Source: Zancudomyces culisetae HAW-14-8 (taxonomy: Eukaryota; Fungi; Kickxellomycota). Taken from it: a stretch of 64,000 bases of DNA. The stretch covers positions 4,030,001 to 4,094,000 of the forward strand of contig JBNJNM010000011.1 of NCBI GenBank assembly GCA_052426225.1. Direction: 5' to 3'. Made by a program: the position numbers and the translations under genes. Of the stretch, positions 10,730-24,787 are shown in pieces; positions within the stretch are counted from its first letter, which is position 1, and every line of letters begins with the position of its first letter. The notes beneath the pieces are model-generated. The model did not search any database and had not been told where the DNA came from. It worked only from the letters and a program-made list of their open reading frames with translations.

Positions 10730-12335
10730 TTATTCACATAGGCTGTTGAACTGGCGCTCCCACTCTGCACTTAGCTCACTGGACATAGCTACCATTTTTG
10801 CATGCTCCTCATTCACACCATCAATAAAAGATAGACCAAGGCAGGATATCGACTTGATTTTCTTTTCCGAACAGGAAGAGACTATTCGTGCAAGCTGCTT
10901 CCGCGTATGGGAATAAATTACTGGAACATTTTGGGCTTTGCATTTCTCTAATAAAGAGGTCAGGTCTGCAGGGAACTCTCTTTTAGCATAATCAGTTGGT
11001 TGGATATTAACACTAACAATCACGCTGTGTATCTTTTTGCTATAATTTGTAGGAGCTAGACCCTTCTCGCTCAGCTTGACCTTTCTGCATACCTCCCTTA
11101 ATCCGGTATAGTACCTTTGTTTATACCCACTGCCCCCATTCTTGCTATTTCTGCTCTGGTACGTGGTCAGCTTTTCTATTATGCCTAAGACTATCTGTTG
11201 GAGCTCAGGCGTTATTAGCTGCGTGACATAGCTATTGTTAAGATACCCATTTGCATTAAGATTGTATTTGTAGCATGTTAATGAAATATTAAAAAAAATA
11301 CAATAGATACCTTTGGATTTCTGCCTCATTAGTAAACATAGCTTGGCTTTTTATCTTTTGAATTTGTTTGCAGACTTTTATACCGTTTTTGAAATGCTTT
11401 CTGCCATCATGCTTTTCATCAGCAGCAAATTTTATCAATTCTTGAACCTGGCTTTTCATTTTTAGCACCTCTGTACTTTCTTTTAGCGAATCCTTAAACT
11501 TTTCAATCTTTGCCTTTCGCATATCCTTTCTCATCTTGTACTCGTCTTTTGTGCCTACTTTACCATTAATATCTTGGACCCCCAAAGTACTATTTTTGCA
11601 AGATTGATGTTGAGGTACCTCTGTAGCCCTATCTGCCTCTTCCACATTGTTCGTGCTAATATTCGCGTCTGCCTGATCATTGCCATGCTTTATCTCATGA
11701 ATGATATGTTTTTGAACAAGATACTTTTTTTTTAACTTTGAAATTTTCGTTGTCTTTGGCAATCGCCTTTGTATACCTCTATATAGCTTGCTAGGTGCAG
11801 TTTTATCCAAAATATTATTCTCTCCGTATTTTACCTCGTTTTTATCTACTTTTGTCTTTCCTTGTAGTAAAAGCCTGTCCTTTTTATCGGGCAGGAGTGT
11901 TTTTTTGCGTATTTTTCTTTTAGTAACGGATATTTTTATCTGTCTTTTCTTCTTGGATGTTTCTTGACTGTGACTTTTTAGTATTACCTTGTTTCTGGAA
12001 TTCGGGCTATCTATCAACACATGCTGTCTTGTTCTATGTCTCGTGATGGGTTTAATATTGGAAGCTTTATTCAGGTCTACTCGTTGATCACCCTCCCTTT
12101 CATTTCTGGTGAAACAAGAGTCTGTTTTACAAACGTATTTTCCGGACGGCTTTACCCAAACTTCTGTGATTTTGGTTTGCCGATCACTTCCAACCTTTTC
12201 TAGTGCTTCTTCGATAACTTGAGATAGATTGAATCCTGATTGTGGTTTCGGCTTGGTCTTTTTTTTGGTCTTGACGCCAGTTGCGGTGCTACCAGATGCC
12301 TTCGAGCTTCGATTTGTAGCTTGATTATACTGCAT
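10730..12335 (-). CDS. SBP2: SECIS-binding protein 2 (selenocysteine insertion factor); exons 12335-11311 and 11231-10730, about 508 aa
   Basis: SID-like motif NILDKTAP..RGIQRRLPKTTKISKLKK, then YVTQLIT.EL...V..IIEKLTTYQSR, then an L7Ae domain (RYYTGLREV..KVKL, VIVSVN, QNVPVIYSHTRKQLAR, SCLGLSFIDG...HAKMV). A 79-nt GT..AG intron (11310-11232) joins the two ORFs in frame. Confidence 0.88.
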
Positions 12336-12727
12336 AACTCTAATATATCTTAATAGCTGTAAAATCTTCGAAAGTAACCTATGCAGAAGAGCGCAGTTTT
12401 GAAACAAAATCTATATTGCGTCTAAGGCATGCTTTTGATCATAAGCAAATATAAAGCTTGTAAAATACGTGATTCAAGCTTTGCGACTATTTCTTTTGTA
12501 TTTTATTCGCTAGCCCGAAAGGTCCAATAAAAATGTCAGTATTTTTGGTTGGCATTTATTAGCTCAGCCGTTTCGCGATTGGTGGGCAGAGTTTCAGAGT
12601 TGCATATTTCACTAAACTGAAACACAATTTGTCTCATGTATTGTATCTTTTGTTGTTTACATACTCTTATATTGAACGATTTGGAATAGTAACATTTTGT
12701 TATAAAGAGGGTTTAGACCGAAGAAAC

Positions 12728-14088
12728 ATGCAGAAGATAGTAGAGAAATTGAAAATTAATCTAGGTCTGGCGACCAATAGATTGAAATTGCTGAGAGAAA
12801 AGAAAAAGGCAATAGGAAAAGCAGAAAGAAAAGAAATATCGAGATTGCTAGAGCAAGACGAAACAATGGTGGCAAAGATAAGAGTAGGGATATTTCCAGC
12901 TTAAAGCATTATTTTATCTTTGTGATGGTAACCTTTAAATAAGAAAAATTCGGTATACAATGTGAGAATCCTAAAATAATTCGCGAATAGGTCGAAAAGA
13001 TAATCCAAGAGGACTATATAATTGAGGCCCTTGAGCTTTTGGAACAATACTGCAGAAGGCTGCAAAATAGATTGATACTTATTGATCAAAGCAAACAGCT
13101 AGACGATTCGACAATGGAGGTCATTTGTAGTATAATATATTCTTCAGGGAGGGTAAATGTCAAGGAATTTGCTACGGTAAGTATTGTTTTTTATGTTTTT
13201 TAAATACCAGTGAGAACGTATGCCCATTTTTTAAAGGATCCGTTAAACACTATTAAGAATGAATCTACAAAGAATTTAAATCATACTTTTCAGCGTTTCC
13301 TGGACACATGAGTAATCCACCCCAAAAAAAAGAAACACTGCTAACAGCTTAACATTGATACTCTAGATTAAAGACATATTTACAAGTCTATATGGACGAG
13401 AGTTTGTAGGGCATAGTCTAGACAATACGAATCTTAAGGCAAACGAACAGGTAACCTAGAAAATTTTGTAGTAGAGTTGAGCAATAAACAGTAAACAGCG
13501 AATGCTGTGGTCACACAGTGCTCGTATTGAATTAATTAACAAGTGATAAAAAAAATATTAGCTTGTAGCCAAACTCAATATCTGCGAATTTGATCCGTTG
13601 CTGATCAAAGAATATTTACGAGAAATAAGTCGTAGCTATGGAATAAAATGGGTACCATCAGATGAGGAACCGGAGGACGAATCGAGTGAGGATGATGATG
13701 GAAATGGCGGAGGAGCAAAGGAATCCGAAGCAAAGGTAACGTACCAAGGTGCATCTAAGAAATTTATCATGATGCACAGGTGTTGTTGATATAGTAACAA
13801 CAAAATAAGTATGCATATTTTTAGGAAGAGGAAAAAGAACGGGAAAAGGAAGTCGAAGCCAGACACAGCAAAGTAAATGTACCACAACAGAAAGTCAGAA
13901 AAAATGAGAATGATAACAGTGTGGATAAAGAATCCAGTACTAGAGATAGAGCCGATAATAGTAGTCACAGCAGTAACAAGGCACAAACTGGAGACGAAAA
14001 AAAGGTGTCAGATTCCGCTGGAAGCGCCAACCAGGTGCCGACAATGGATGAATTGATGAAGAGATTAGAAGCGCTAAAAAGAAACTGA
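12728..14088 (+). CDS. IST1: ESCRT-III-associated Ist1; exons 12728-12883, 12991-13176, 13367-13450, 13562-13735, 13825-14088
   Basis: KLKINLGLATNRLKLL, AKIR|VEKIIQED...LELLEQYC, YGREF, YLREISRSY and C-terminal MIM1 DELMKRLEALKR. All exons join in phase 0. Confidence 0.9.
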
Positions 14089-14251
14089 TGCTAGTTCAGA
14101 TAGATGTACATGTTTTGGCTAGAACATGAAAAACACCCAACTATTATTATTATTGTTATTATTATCATTATTATTGTGTGAGAGTGACGAGGCTGTCAAT
14201 AAAACAATACATGTTATAAAAGCGCTATGTGATTACAGGATACTAATGCTC

Positions 14252-15184
<933 letters not shown>

Positions 15185-15956
15185 TTATAGTTTGGACAAA
15201 GATCCCCAAGCTTTTTTTTTTGTGCTTGTGAAATTCTGCTTTGGTTATTTTTCTATTTGTGGAAACTAGAGATGCTAATTTAGATATGAGCAATCAAACC
15301 ACATATTTTTCTGTTAATGTATTTTTTTTTTTTGGTGGGGGGAGGGGTAAGAAATAATTATAAAAGGATAAAACAGGGACTAACTGGGTTAGTAGTGATA
15401 TTCAAAGAAACAAATGAAAGAATTGTTGTCTGATCTTGCAGAGAAAATACCAGTTTTTTTTATTTCGACGCATATATATAACCTACATACCGGAAAGGGT
15501 ATATATCATATAATAATGAGAAAAGACAAACTATTTAGTGAATATCAAGATTTGTTTGCCAATTCATTTTTGTAGAAAACATTTCTATGGCCAAAATGGC
15601 AACATGGGCGACATTAAATTAGTTTAAAAAGTGGCAAACGAAAACTGCACATTTTTTGAAATTCAGCAATAATGGCCAAGGCTGTTTATTGGGTTGAAAC
15701 AACAGCTACTAAAATAAAATAACAGCACTAAAAAAACAATAAAACACTAATGCTCTGCTAGAGTATTTTACAATTATTCATCTAGTTCCAGTCAAGTAAT
15801 TTTGCTATCGTTGTTCAATTTGAACTAAAAACTGAGGGTCAAAAGAGAAACAATTGAGAGAAAAAGCAATAAAAAGTAGTAAAGAAATCCAATCAAGAAT
15901 TAAATCAAAAAAACACAAGACGGGATTGAGCAAATAAAAACATATAAAAGACAAAA

Positions 15957-17346
15957 ATGTCAAGATTACCACCAGTAGTTATAGATAATGGAACAGGGTA
16001 AGAGAGTCTATAGATGCATCATATTGATATAATCTTTAGCAATAAAAAAAAATCAAATAACTGATAAACGACTGTTGAATAGGTATACAAAAATGGGATT
16101 TGCGGGAAACACCGATCCGCAATTTGTAATACCCTCAGTTATCGGCCTCCCAAACAAGAATATCAAGCAAACAAGTCGATATGGAATAGCTTCAAAGAGA
16201 GGAGTAGAGGATTTGGATTTTTATATAGGGGATGAGGCATTTGCTAATGGTCAAATGTATGGAGTTTCGTATCCTATGCGACAAGGGCAGATTGAAAACT
16301 GGGACCATATGGAGCGGATTTGGGAGACTAGTATATTTAAATACATGCGCTGTGAGCCGGAAAATCATTATTTTGTACTCACTGAACCACCACTGAATGC
16401 ACCAGAGAATCGGGAGCAGATGGCCGAAATATTTTTTGAGAGTTTCAATGTGAATGGGCTTTATATAGCAGTACAGGCTGTACTTGCGTTGGTAGCTAGC
16501 TGGACGAGCAAAAATAGTAATCAAAGTCTGACCGGGCTGGTTGTCGACAGTGGAGATGGAGTAACACATATTATTCCAGTGGCAGAAGGATATGTTCTGG
16601 GGGGAAGTTTGAAGAGCATGCCGATTGCCGGACGGGATATCACGAGTTTTGTGATGCAGCAGCTGAGAGATCGCAACGAACCAATTCCACCAGAACAAAT
16701 GATGGAGACAGCCAAGACCATCAAGGAGCAGTATGGGTACACATGCCATGATATTGTGAAGGAGTTCGAGAAGTACGATTTAGAACCAAGCAAAAACATT
16801 ATCCGACACATGCTGAAGGACAATCGTGGAACCATAGATGTTGGATACGAGCGGTTTTTGGGTCCCGAAGTCTTTTTCAACCCCGAAATAATTAGCACAG
16901 ATTACCTTACCCCACTACCAACCCTGATTGACCAAGCAATCCAATCAGCACCCATAGATACTCGCCGTGGCTTGTACTCCAACATTGTGCTAAGTGGTGG
17001 GTCAACAATGTTCAGCAACCTTGGTAAGCGACTACAGCGTGATTTGCGCAAAATTGTTGACGATCGCCAGAGCAGCAACCAGGCGCAACTGATGGCTGCG
17101 CGACTCAAAAATCCACTACAGCAACAGACTGGGGGTGGAGATAGTGGTGCATTTACAATTACAGCAAACCCAGTCGCAGTAAACGTGATTAGCCACAAGA
17201 AGCAGAGACATGCGGTATGGTTTGGAGGAAGTATTTTGGGCAGCACAGATCAGCAGTTCTACCAGGTTGCACATAGCAAGGCTGATTATGAAGAGTATGG
17301 GCCAAGTATATGTAGATATAATAAAGTATTTACCAGTCTCGGCTAA
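15957..17346 (+). CDS. ARP3: Actin-related protein 3; intron 15998-16082
   Basis: [14 protein letters not shown]|[56 protein letters not shown]. Confidence 0.97.
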
Positions 17347-17410
17347 CAGGTTTATTATTATTGCATTTCAGTATTTTATTTACGTTTTATTAATAAAAAA
17401 TTGCGTTAAA

Positions 17411-18049
17411 AATATGTCTAGCGTCTTGTGGTATGTTCACCAAAATGCACTGAAAGAGGAACATGGTATACTTTTATCAAAGGTGCTATAGTAGAAACCT
17501 AAACAAATTATAGGAGACTACATGATAAGTAGAACAAAGGTGTGGTTGGTTGAGAAAGGTGAACAGTTAACTGGTCAACAAATATACCACTGTGGTTGAG
17601 TTTGTTGCACCTAGTTATGAGTTACTAGCAACTAAAGTGAGTTGTTCAAATTGTTTAGTTAGCTCGATTTTCTAGGTTTAACAGAATTTATCTAGTGTTA
17701 ACCAGTACAAGGTTCAGGCTAGTAGCTAGCATTTTGGGTGTGCTCACAATTTCAGCTTGATAGATACCATTTCACTAAACTGTTGACCATGATGTTTTAG
17801 AGTAATTAGTAGGCTTAGGATAGTGGACATGATTAATGGCTATAGAGTTAGTTATTGTTGGTGTTGGTGTTGGTGTTGGTGTTGGTGTTAGTGTTGGTGT
17901 TGGTGTCAGCGTCAGTGTCAGAGCTAATTTGATGAGATGACAAAAAATAGGTGAATCAATATTAGTTGAGAGTTGAGAGGATGTTATAGTGTTTATTTGA
18001 CTTGCTAATATCAGAATTGGTCTGATTTTTATTTTAGTTGTTGTTTTAA
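17411..18049 (-). repeat. Dispersed ~0.65 kb repeat, copy A
   Basis: Long near-identity with 49976-50604 and, as reverse complement, with 32718-33117 and 63365-64000. Internal (GGTGTT)n tract. Confidence 0.95.
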
Positions 18050-18198
18050 TCATATTGTGGAAAAAAAAGAATGAAAAAGGATGAGAATATATTGGGAACC
18101 GATCCTGTAAATTGACGAAACACCAAGCTTGAAAACAAAGCCGAAAAAACTACAATAAAAAAAAGTAAAAGTAAATAAAAAAAGCTACCAATGTAGTG

Positions 18199-21100
18199 CT
18201 ATATTATTGAATCGATATTTAAATCCATTTCGTTTTCTATATCCAAAAACAAGCGTTCATGGTCAGAATATTCATCAATAACAGTGTGGTTGCTACTACT
18301 GGTTGAATCAACATGGTTATTGGCTTGACTAGTAGAGGGTACATCGTGTTCTTGATTGTAAAAATCGTCGTCATTAGCTAGATCGCAAGAGAGCAATGTA
18401 TCAGGTTCATTATCAGGTTCATTATCATTAATATCAGCGCCAGAACTAGGCGGATCGCTGGTCATGTTGTTTGAAAAATAGTTGTGATTACCATCGCCAT
18501 TGATGTTGGCATATAGTTTTGACATTGCAAACCGGTGGATATTATTATCTGCAGTATCGTTGGTAGCACCCAAGGAGGTATCAACATACCACCCATGTAA
18601 CTTACAATAATCAATAATGGATTTCCAAAGTGGACAACAGGCGAGGAGGAATGACTCGTTGCCCAATATAATACAGTGTGATTTTGATCGAGATAGTGCT
18701 ACATTTATGCGGTTTGGGTTGTTTAAAAACGTATTTATTCGAAGTTTAGGAGAATGAGATGAGCCTTGTCCTCGTGTGGTAATAGTTGTTGGTGCTGGCA
18801 GAGATTTGACGCAGTTGAAGAGAATAATATCCTTCTCGCTACCCTGAAATGCATCCACTGTACTTGTGGTGATTACAGAATCTTCAGCCACATCATCATT
18901 TTCATCATCATTATCAACGCCGTTATTCGGAGCTGAGTTCACGTGCCGGAAGAGATGAGGAAATGATGGTAGATGTTTTGAAAGCAGTTTGACTTGGTCT
19001 TTATAAAAACTAATTATCCCGATTGAATGGGTTTTGGATTGCCGACTAAAATTAGTATGTATAGATTTCAGGAGCTTTAAAGTCAATAGAAGCTCACTTT
19101 TGTTCATACAGCTAGTAGTATTTTTGGTTGGATTTGGGACTGAAGCGGTTGAGGAAGTTGGAGAAACAACGTTGAAAAAACAGATTGGTGGTAGGCTGGT
19201 AATTAGAGCAGGTCTTTCAGCCTCTGAAACCCCATTTATCAGCTGTTTGTTATAAAACAACGTATTCACAACCTCTGCAATCTTTGGATGGCAGCGATAC
19301 TGCGAACGCAACCTGATAATTGGCTCATGCTGTAATTTTATAAGCCGTTCAAAGAGTGTGTAGATAAATGGAATCCCAGACTCTGCATAGTACCGGTTGG
19401 TGACAATGCTGGCCATTGTAGGAGGCAGCTGTTTATGATCGCCAACCATTACCAGCACAGGTGGATTGAATTTCAACACCGGCACTGCCAACAGATGTTC
19501 TGTAATTTGACTAGCCTCATCTACCAACACAACGGGATACTTGGCGTCATTGCCCATGTTCATGCACATAATTGTAGTTGCACCTACTAAAAACTTGTTG
19601 TTGATATCTGCATTGCTAGCTGCCATCAAATAGGTGCGGATACTGCTACTAACGCGCGGCCGGCTACCCACTCGTGCTAGATCGTCAAACCCAAGTTCTA
19701 CTATTTTTTGCAAAACATTATCAACGGCACAGTTAGACATCGACGTCACCAGCATCCTCAGTCCACCATATGTCGGATGCTTCCCAAATATTTCTACAAA
19801 CTCTTGCTTTAGCGCTGCTGATACCACAACTATGACTGCAGTCACCAGTGACTTGCCTGTTCCAAATGGTCCATGGACTACTATTGCCTGTCCTTCTCCC
19901 TCTCGTCTGCATCCATTTTTATTCTTATTCTCGTTCTTATTCTTATTCTCGTTTTCTTCGATCTCAGCTTCATCTCTAGAACTGTTTGTATACAGCTTGA
20001 TTATATTGTCTATCACCTGCGTGACCACTTGCAACTGCTCTTGATTCAACTTATACAGTTGCTGTTGTTGTCCAATCAGTTCTTTTGCCCTTTTTTGTAT
20101 CCCGTTTCTCACTTCATCCTCAGTCTCTGCCATTATTTCCTTTGTTCCTTCCTTATCTGCCTTCCCTATCAAAACTTTTCCCAAATAAATGTCGTTCTCA
20201 CTGTCTTTTTCTACTTCCTCCAACATTTCCAAAATACTCCATTCATTCACACTTTCCACCATCCGTAAACAATACATCTCTATCTCCCTCTCCAATTCTC
20301 TATCCTTTTTCTGTAACATCTGTCTCTGATTTTTTTCCAAGCCAGCTCCGAATATCTTTTTTAGCTTGTCCTTATTATCATCATCTACCCCATCTATCAT
20401 TATTGTACCATCACTGTTTACTCCATAATATTCACTTTTGCATACTATTCCGTTGTGGAAATCTACCGTTTGTGAAATGATCCATGTATCGTTTTTTTGA
20501 TATTCTTCACTTTTCTTTTTTGCTCCCTTTTGTCCATATTTGTAAAAATTTCTGTTTGCACCGCCATTACCATTATTACCAGTAACTCCCGATATTCGGT
20601 ATCCGTTCATCCCCCTAACCAAACCGATTCCTTCATAATACTCTATCTTTTGGGTCTTCAATTTACTAGCCATCATCTTTTGATTGATATACTTTTTTTT
20701 GGTCTCATAAAACATCTTTGCTGTCTCTGCTATTGTATCTTGTATAAACTCTCGCAGCATTCCCTTAATTGTTCTACAATAGTCTCCCCAGTTCTCCTAT
20801 TTAATGCATTCATCCACCCATTTATTTATTATTTTTGACCCCTTGGTTAATCAATACATCCTACTCTGCCATTTACAAATCGATACTTACATAATCTAAC
20901 CTCAGCCTTACTCCCCCACTACCCCTCTTCTTGTAGTATTCCATCTCGATTTCTCGTTTATTTGGAAAACTTATTTTATTCACTTTTGTCCTACAGTAAA
21001 GACATTTCCATTCATAAATTTTGTTATCTTCAATATCGCTTACTTTATTCACAATATTTATATTATTTACCTTACACCATTAATCGTGACCTTGTTGTTA

Positions 21101-21998
21101 ACACTCGGTGTTTTTGTAACCACATCGCCACTCTGTTTTTGTGTGTCTGGCTCCTCTTCCTTTTGCACCCTCATTTTCTATTGTACATTCACTCAGGTTT
21201 AAAGATGCTCAACTCACCCTTACCCGCTTTATGCCATTATCGTATATTTAAGCCATGTTTTCCATCATAACCAGGATTTTTCTTTTAAAAAAGTATAAAT
21301 AAATACTTCACTTGTATCAATACCAATAATAAGACTTACTTTAAACGGTGAAATAAAAGTCGAATTCTGGCTCTTTTGAATCCCCATTTTGCGTTTTGCA
21401 ATTACTTTTGAAGTTATACCACCGCTATTCATATTGCTCATCAGGTACCTTCCTTTGATGCTGCTGCCTGCAGCATTATTATCACTCTTCTCTGCTTTTG
21501 AAGTTGTAGTAATATCTCCTTTAGCTATATCCCCATCTTCTATTTCATTGAACACTACCAAATATTTTCCCACATCAAGCGTTTCATCTATTTGAACCAC
21601 GTCTGTTTTCTTCTTCATGTACCTATTAGGTTCGCACGCAGTTTATAGTATGTTTTACATTTTTATTGTCAATTTAGCATGAAATGTTTTATTACTTGGT
21701 CAATACTGTCTTTTCCAGATCCTTCAGTATAATCTATTTTTACAATATTTGATTTAGTACTTTTGATTCGACCATTCTTGAAAAGTTAATAGAAATTATA
21801 TCGCAACCGTATAAAAACCCTACCGTTTTGTCGTCAACCAATTCCACTATTCCTATAGTTGCGTACAGTTGCCAAAAATTTAATAAATCTGTTTTAATTA
21901 AGAGATTACAGTAAAGACTACTTACCATCTTTCCAAATCACACCCTGCTTTTTGTACTTCTGTGACGTGTAGACAACCTGGTACCTAGCCATACTCAT
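18199..21998 (-). CDS. ZGRF1: ZGRF1-like protein: N-terminal DUF2439 plus Upf1-like SF1 helicase; about 7 exons
   Basis: Small 5' exons splice to MARYQVVYTSQKYKKQGVIWKDG|IVELVDDKT|IILKD...DETLDVGKYLVVFNE (DUF2439-like). The large exon has HGPFGTGKS, VDEASQ, GDHKQLPP, QYRCHP...LFY..QLINGVSEAER, TVDAFQGSEKD, RINVALSRSK. Confidence 0.82.
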
Positions 21999-23098
21999 TA
22001 TGTTTAAAATTCGTTTCTATAACGTTTGTTCGCTGTTTCTCTGGGTATATCCCTTTTATCTTTTTGGAAAAGCGAATTAGTTGAAAAATTTCTTTTTCCT
22101 CCATGCCCTTTTTTTTTCTACTTGCATTTTTATATACTCTTGATTACTTTATACGCCATTTGTATAAAAAAAGAAGACCTAACCAATCATGAATTAAAAA
22201 ACTCGAAACTGGACGCATTTTCTTGTCATTTCAAATTAAGACCCAACCAAACAACGCGAACTGACTTAAGAGTTAAGCTATATATATGTTTATTAACGGG
22301 AATCACAGCTCTAACTGGCAAAAGTAAAGTATTACCAATAACACTAACCAAATCCATCACATGCTACATAAGTATTTTAAAAACTTTTTAGAATGTAGGT
22401 TATACAGTTAACAATCTACCCCGTTTCTTGAACTCGTATGCCCACAAGTTCATGTGTTTTGGAACAAATAAAATGGAAAAAATATAGTATTATGAGAGAG
22501 TCGGTCGGGTTTATTTCTTTCTCTATATTACATGTATACTCAAAGTTGACCAAGATACAAGTACATGATCTTAAAAATGCACAAAGTCAAACTCGGCTCA
22601 GCAGTTCTTGGTTTTGGTTTGGCTCTAGTTGTGGTTTCTCAAATATTTAAAATAAAATCACGCCGTCTCAAAACCTCACCAGACTGGAGTGAGACCATAC
22701 ATAAACATAAAAGAAAAAAGACATTGCATTTTACAAATCTGTTCATATAGGTGGATTTGTAATTTATTTTTTGGCTGACATTTTCAAGTTGTTACGGCAT
22801 ATGAATTCAAAAAGTGTCTTGATTTGCATGTGAATAAATAATTATTAGCACATCAAAAAAAAAGTAACTACACAAAACAAAACAAAAAAAAGATAGACAA
22901 CATTTTCTCTTTGCTGAGCACAAAAACAAAACCAAAAAAAAAAAATTACCAAGCACAAAACTTCATCCGCTTGTATCTATATTGAGTGGCTTGCTGAAAT
23001 TTTTATTTCCTTTAAACATTATTTGAATCAGTTGCAAGAGTATATTGAGACCATCTTTGTAGAAGAATATTACAAGTAAATTTATACTCTGGTACACA

Positions 23099-24396
23099 AT
23101 GTCGGTAAGTTTTTTTAATTAAAATCGCATCTAACTACCCACAAAATCAAAAAAAAAAGTCGAAATAATGAAAAGTAAAATTACAAATACAAAAATGTAA
23201 ATCTTGCTCTGGAATAGACTAAAGAGGTATATCTAGTGGTTGGTGGTGAGGGTTTTTTGGGTAAACGAATCGTCCTGGCGTTGATTGAAAAGAAAAAAGC
23301 GCAGTTCGGTACATATGATAATTCTGAGATCCGGGTTCTTGATATCAAAAAACCGGACGGAGAATGCAACGGCTATAAATTCTACCAAAGCGACATAAAT
23401 GACAAGGAAAAAATACGAGCAATCTTGCGGGATGGAAACGTAAATGTTACAACAGTATTCCATACAGCTTCCCCGATAATGAAAGCAGCAAAGAATATCC
23501 ACAAAATGGTAAACATCGATGGTACAAAGACACTTTTGGAAGTATGCAAGGAAGAAAAGGTGAAGAGCTTTATCTACACAAGCAGTGCAAGTGTAGTGTA
23601 TTCCGGTGCTCCCCTGGTTAATGTTGATGAAACTATTCCGTATCCACAAAAGTTTGCAGACTATTATTCAGAAACCAAAGTATGATCATTCACAGTAATG
23701 TATATTTTGTTTTTTTATTGTATAATTGTGCCCTGAATTAGTTTATCCAACTACTTACACAACTACAACAATACATAGGCGATTGCAGAGAAAATGTGTC
23801 TTGCTGCAAATAGTCCTAGTGGAATGAAAACACTGGCCATCAGGCCGTCTGGAATTTTTGGCCCTGGAGATGCCCAAACTACACCTGGCGCGCTAATTGC
23901 GCAGAAAAAGAACTTCCCGGTCTTGCTGCAAGTAGGAAACAATACGGCGCTGTTTGATTTCACGTATGTTGATAACATTGTTGATGCCCACATCTCTGCC
24001 AGTGACCTCCTCTCCTCTAGTCACAACACACAGATCCAAGGCCAAGCCTTTTTCATCACCAATGGCCAACCAATCGGTATGTGGTCTTTCCTACGCCTAA
24101 TATGGGCCCAGGTTGGTGATACTAGGAAGCCGCTTATCATTATCCCAAATATAATCGCTACGTTCATCTTGTATTTTCTCAAACTTCTGGCCTGTATTGG
24201 GGTTGTCAAGCATGAGGTTCCGTTTGTCTTTGGCATGACCTTTACTTCTCGTTATTTTAACATCACCAAAGCTAAAACTCTACTCAATTACTCTCCAAGG
24301 ATTTCTTATGCACAAGGTGTGCCTATTGCTGTCAAATCCTGTCTTGAAAGGTGGAAATCTCAGGATCCGGGCTCCTCAGATAAGAAAACAAACTGA
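23099..24396 (+). CDS. 3-beta-hydroxysteroid dehydrogenase, ERG26/NSDHL-like; introns 23105-23217 and 23680-23778
   Basis: LVVGGEGFLG Rossmann motif, VFHTASP, YTSSASVV, YSETK|AIAE (YxxxK), IRPSGIFGPGD, DFTYVDN, GQAFFITN. Confidence 0.88.
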
Positions 24397-24546
24397 TCTC
24401 TTTCCTGTTTTTGTTTTTGTTTTTGTTTTTGAGTTTCATATTACTTTGCCCAGTCATTTAAATATTGGTTTTTTAAAAAAATGTCACGTTTTTTCCATTT
24501 TGCTTGATTTATTGCTATTTGGAATTACCTATTTGTGTTGATTAGC

Positions 24547-24566
24547 CAAAAAAAAATTTTTTTTCA
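24547..24566. promoter_or_regulatory. RRPE-like AAAAATTTTT element upstream of BUD23
   Basis: AAAAAAAAATTTTTTTTCA about 220 bp upstream of a ribosome-biogenesis gene. Similar tracts occur near 5460, 5550 and 6625. The AT-rich background makes this weak. Confidence 0.3.
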
Positions 24567-24787
24567 CCAATTATTATTGGGAATTGGAACACATCTGTTA
24601 ACTAAAATCAAAAAAAAAAAAAAAATACAAAATCTTTTGTTGCAGTGTATAAGAAAGACAATCACAATACGAAATTAAGAATTAGACTTTTTATTGAATC
24701 TAGATCACCGAAGAAAAGCAATTACATTTTGCTCTATATTACACTACTCTTCAAAACAAACTAAAAAAAACAACACAAAATTCAACC

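Noticed and set aside
17850-17920. (GGTGTT)n as telomeric or CRISPR-like repeats
   Set aside because: Short internal microsatellite within the dispersed element; no spacers and not terminal.
17775-18053. 92-aa ORF with TPTPTP, and the 60-aa ORF at 63269-63451
   Set aside because: Both are incidental translations of the dispersed repeat; the frames and starts are not shared across copies.
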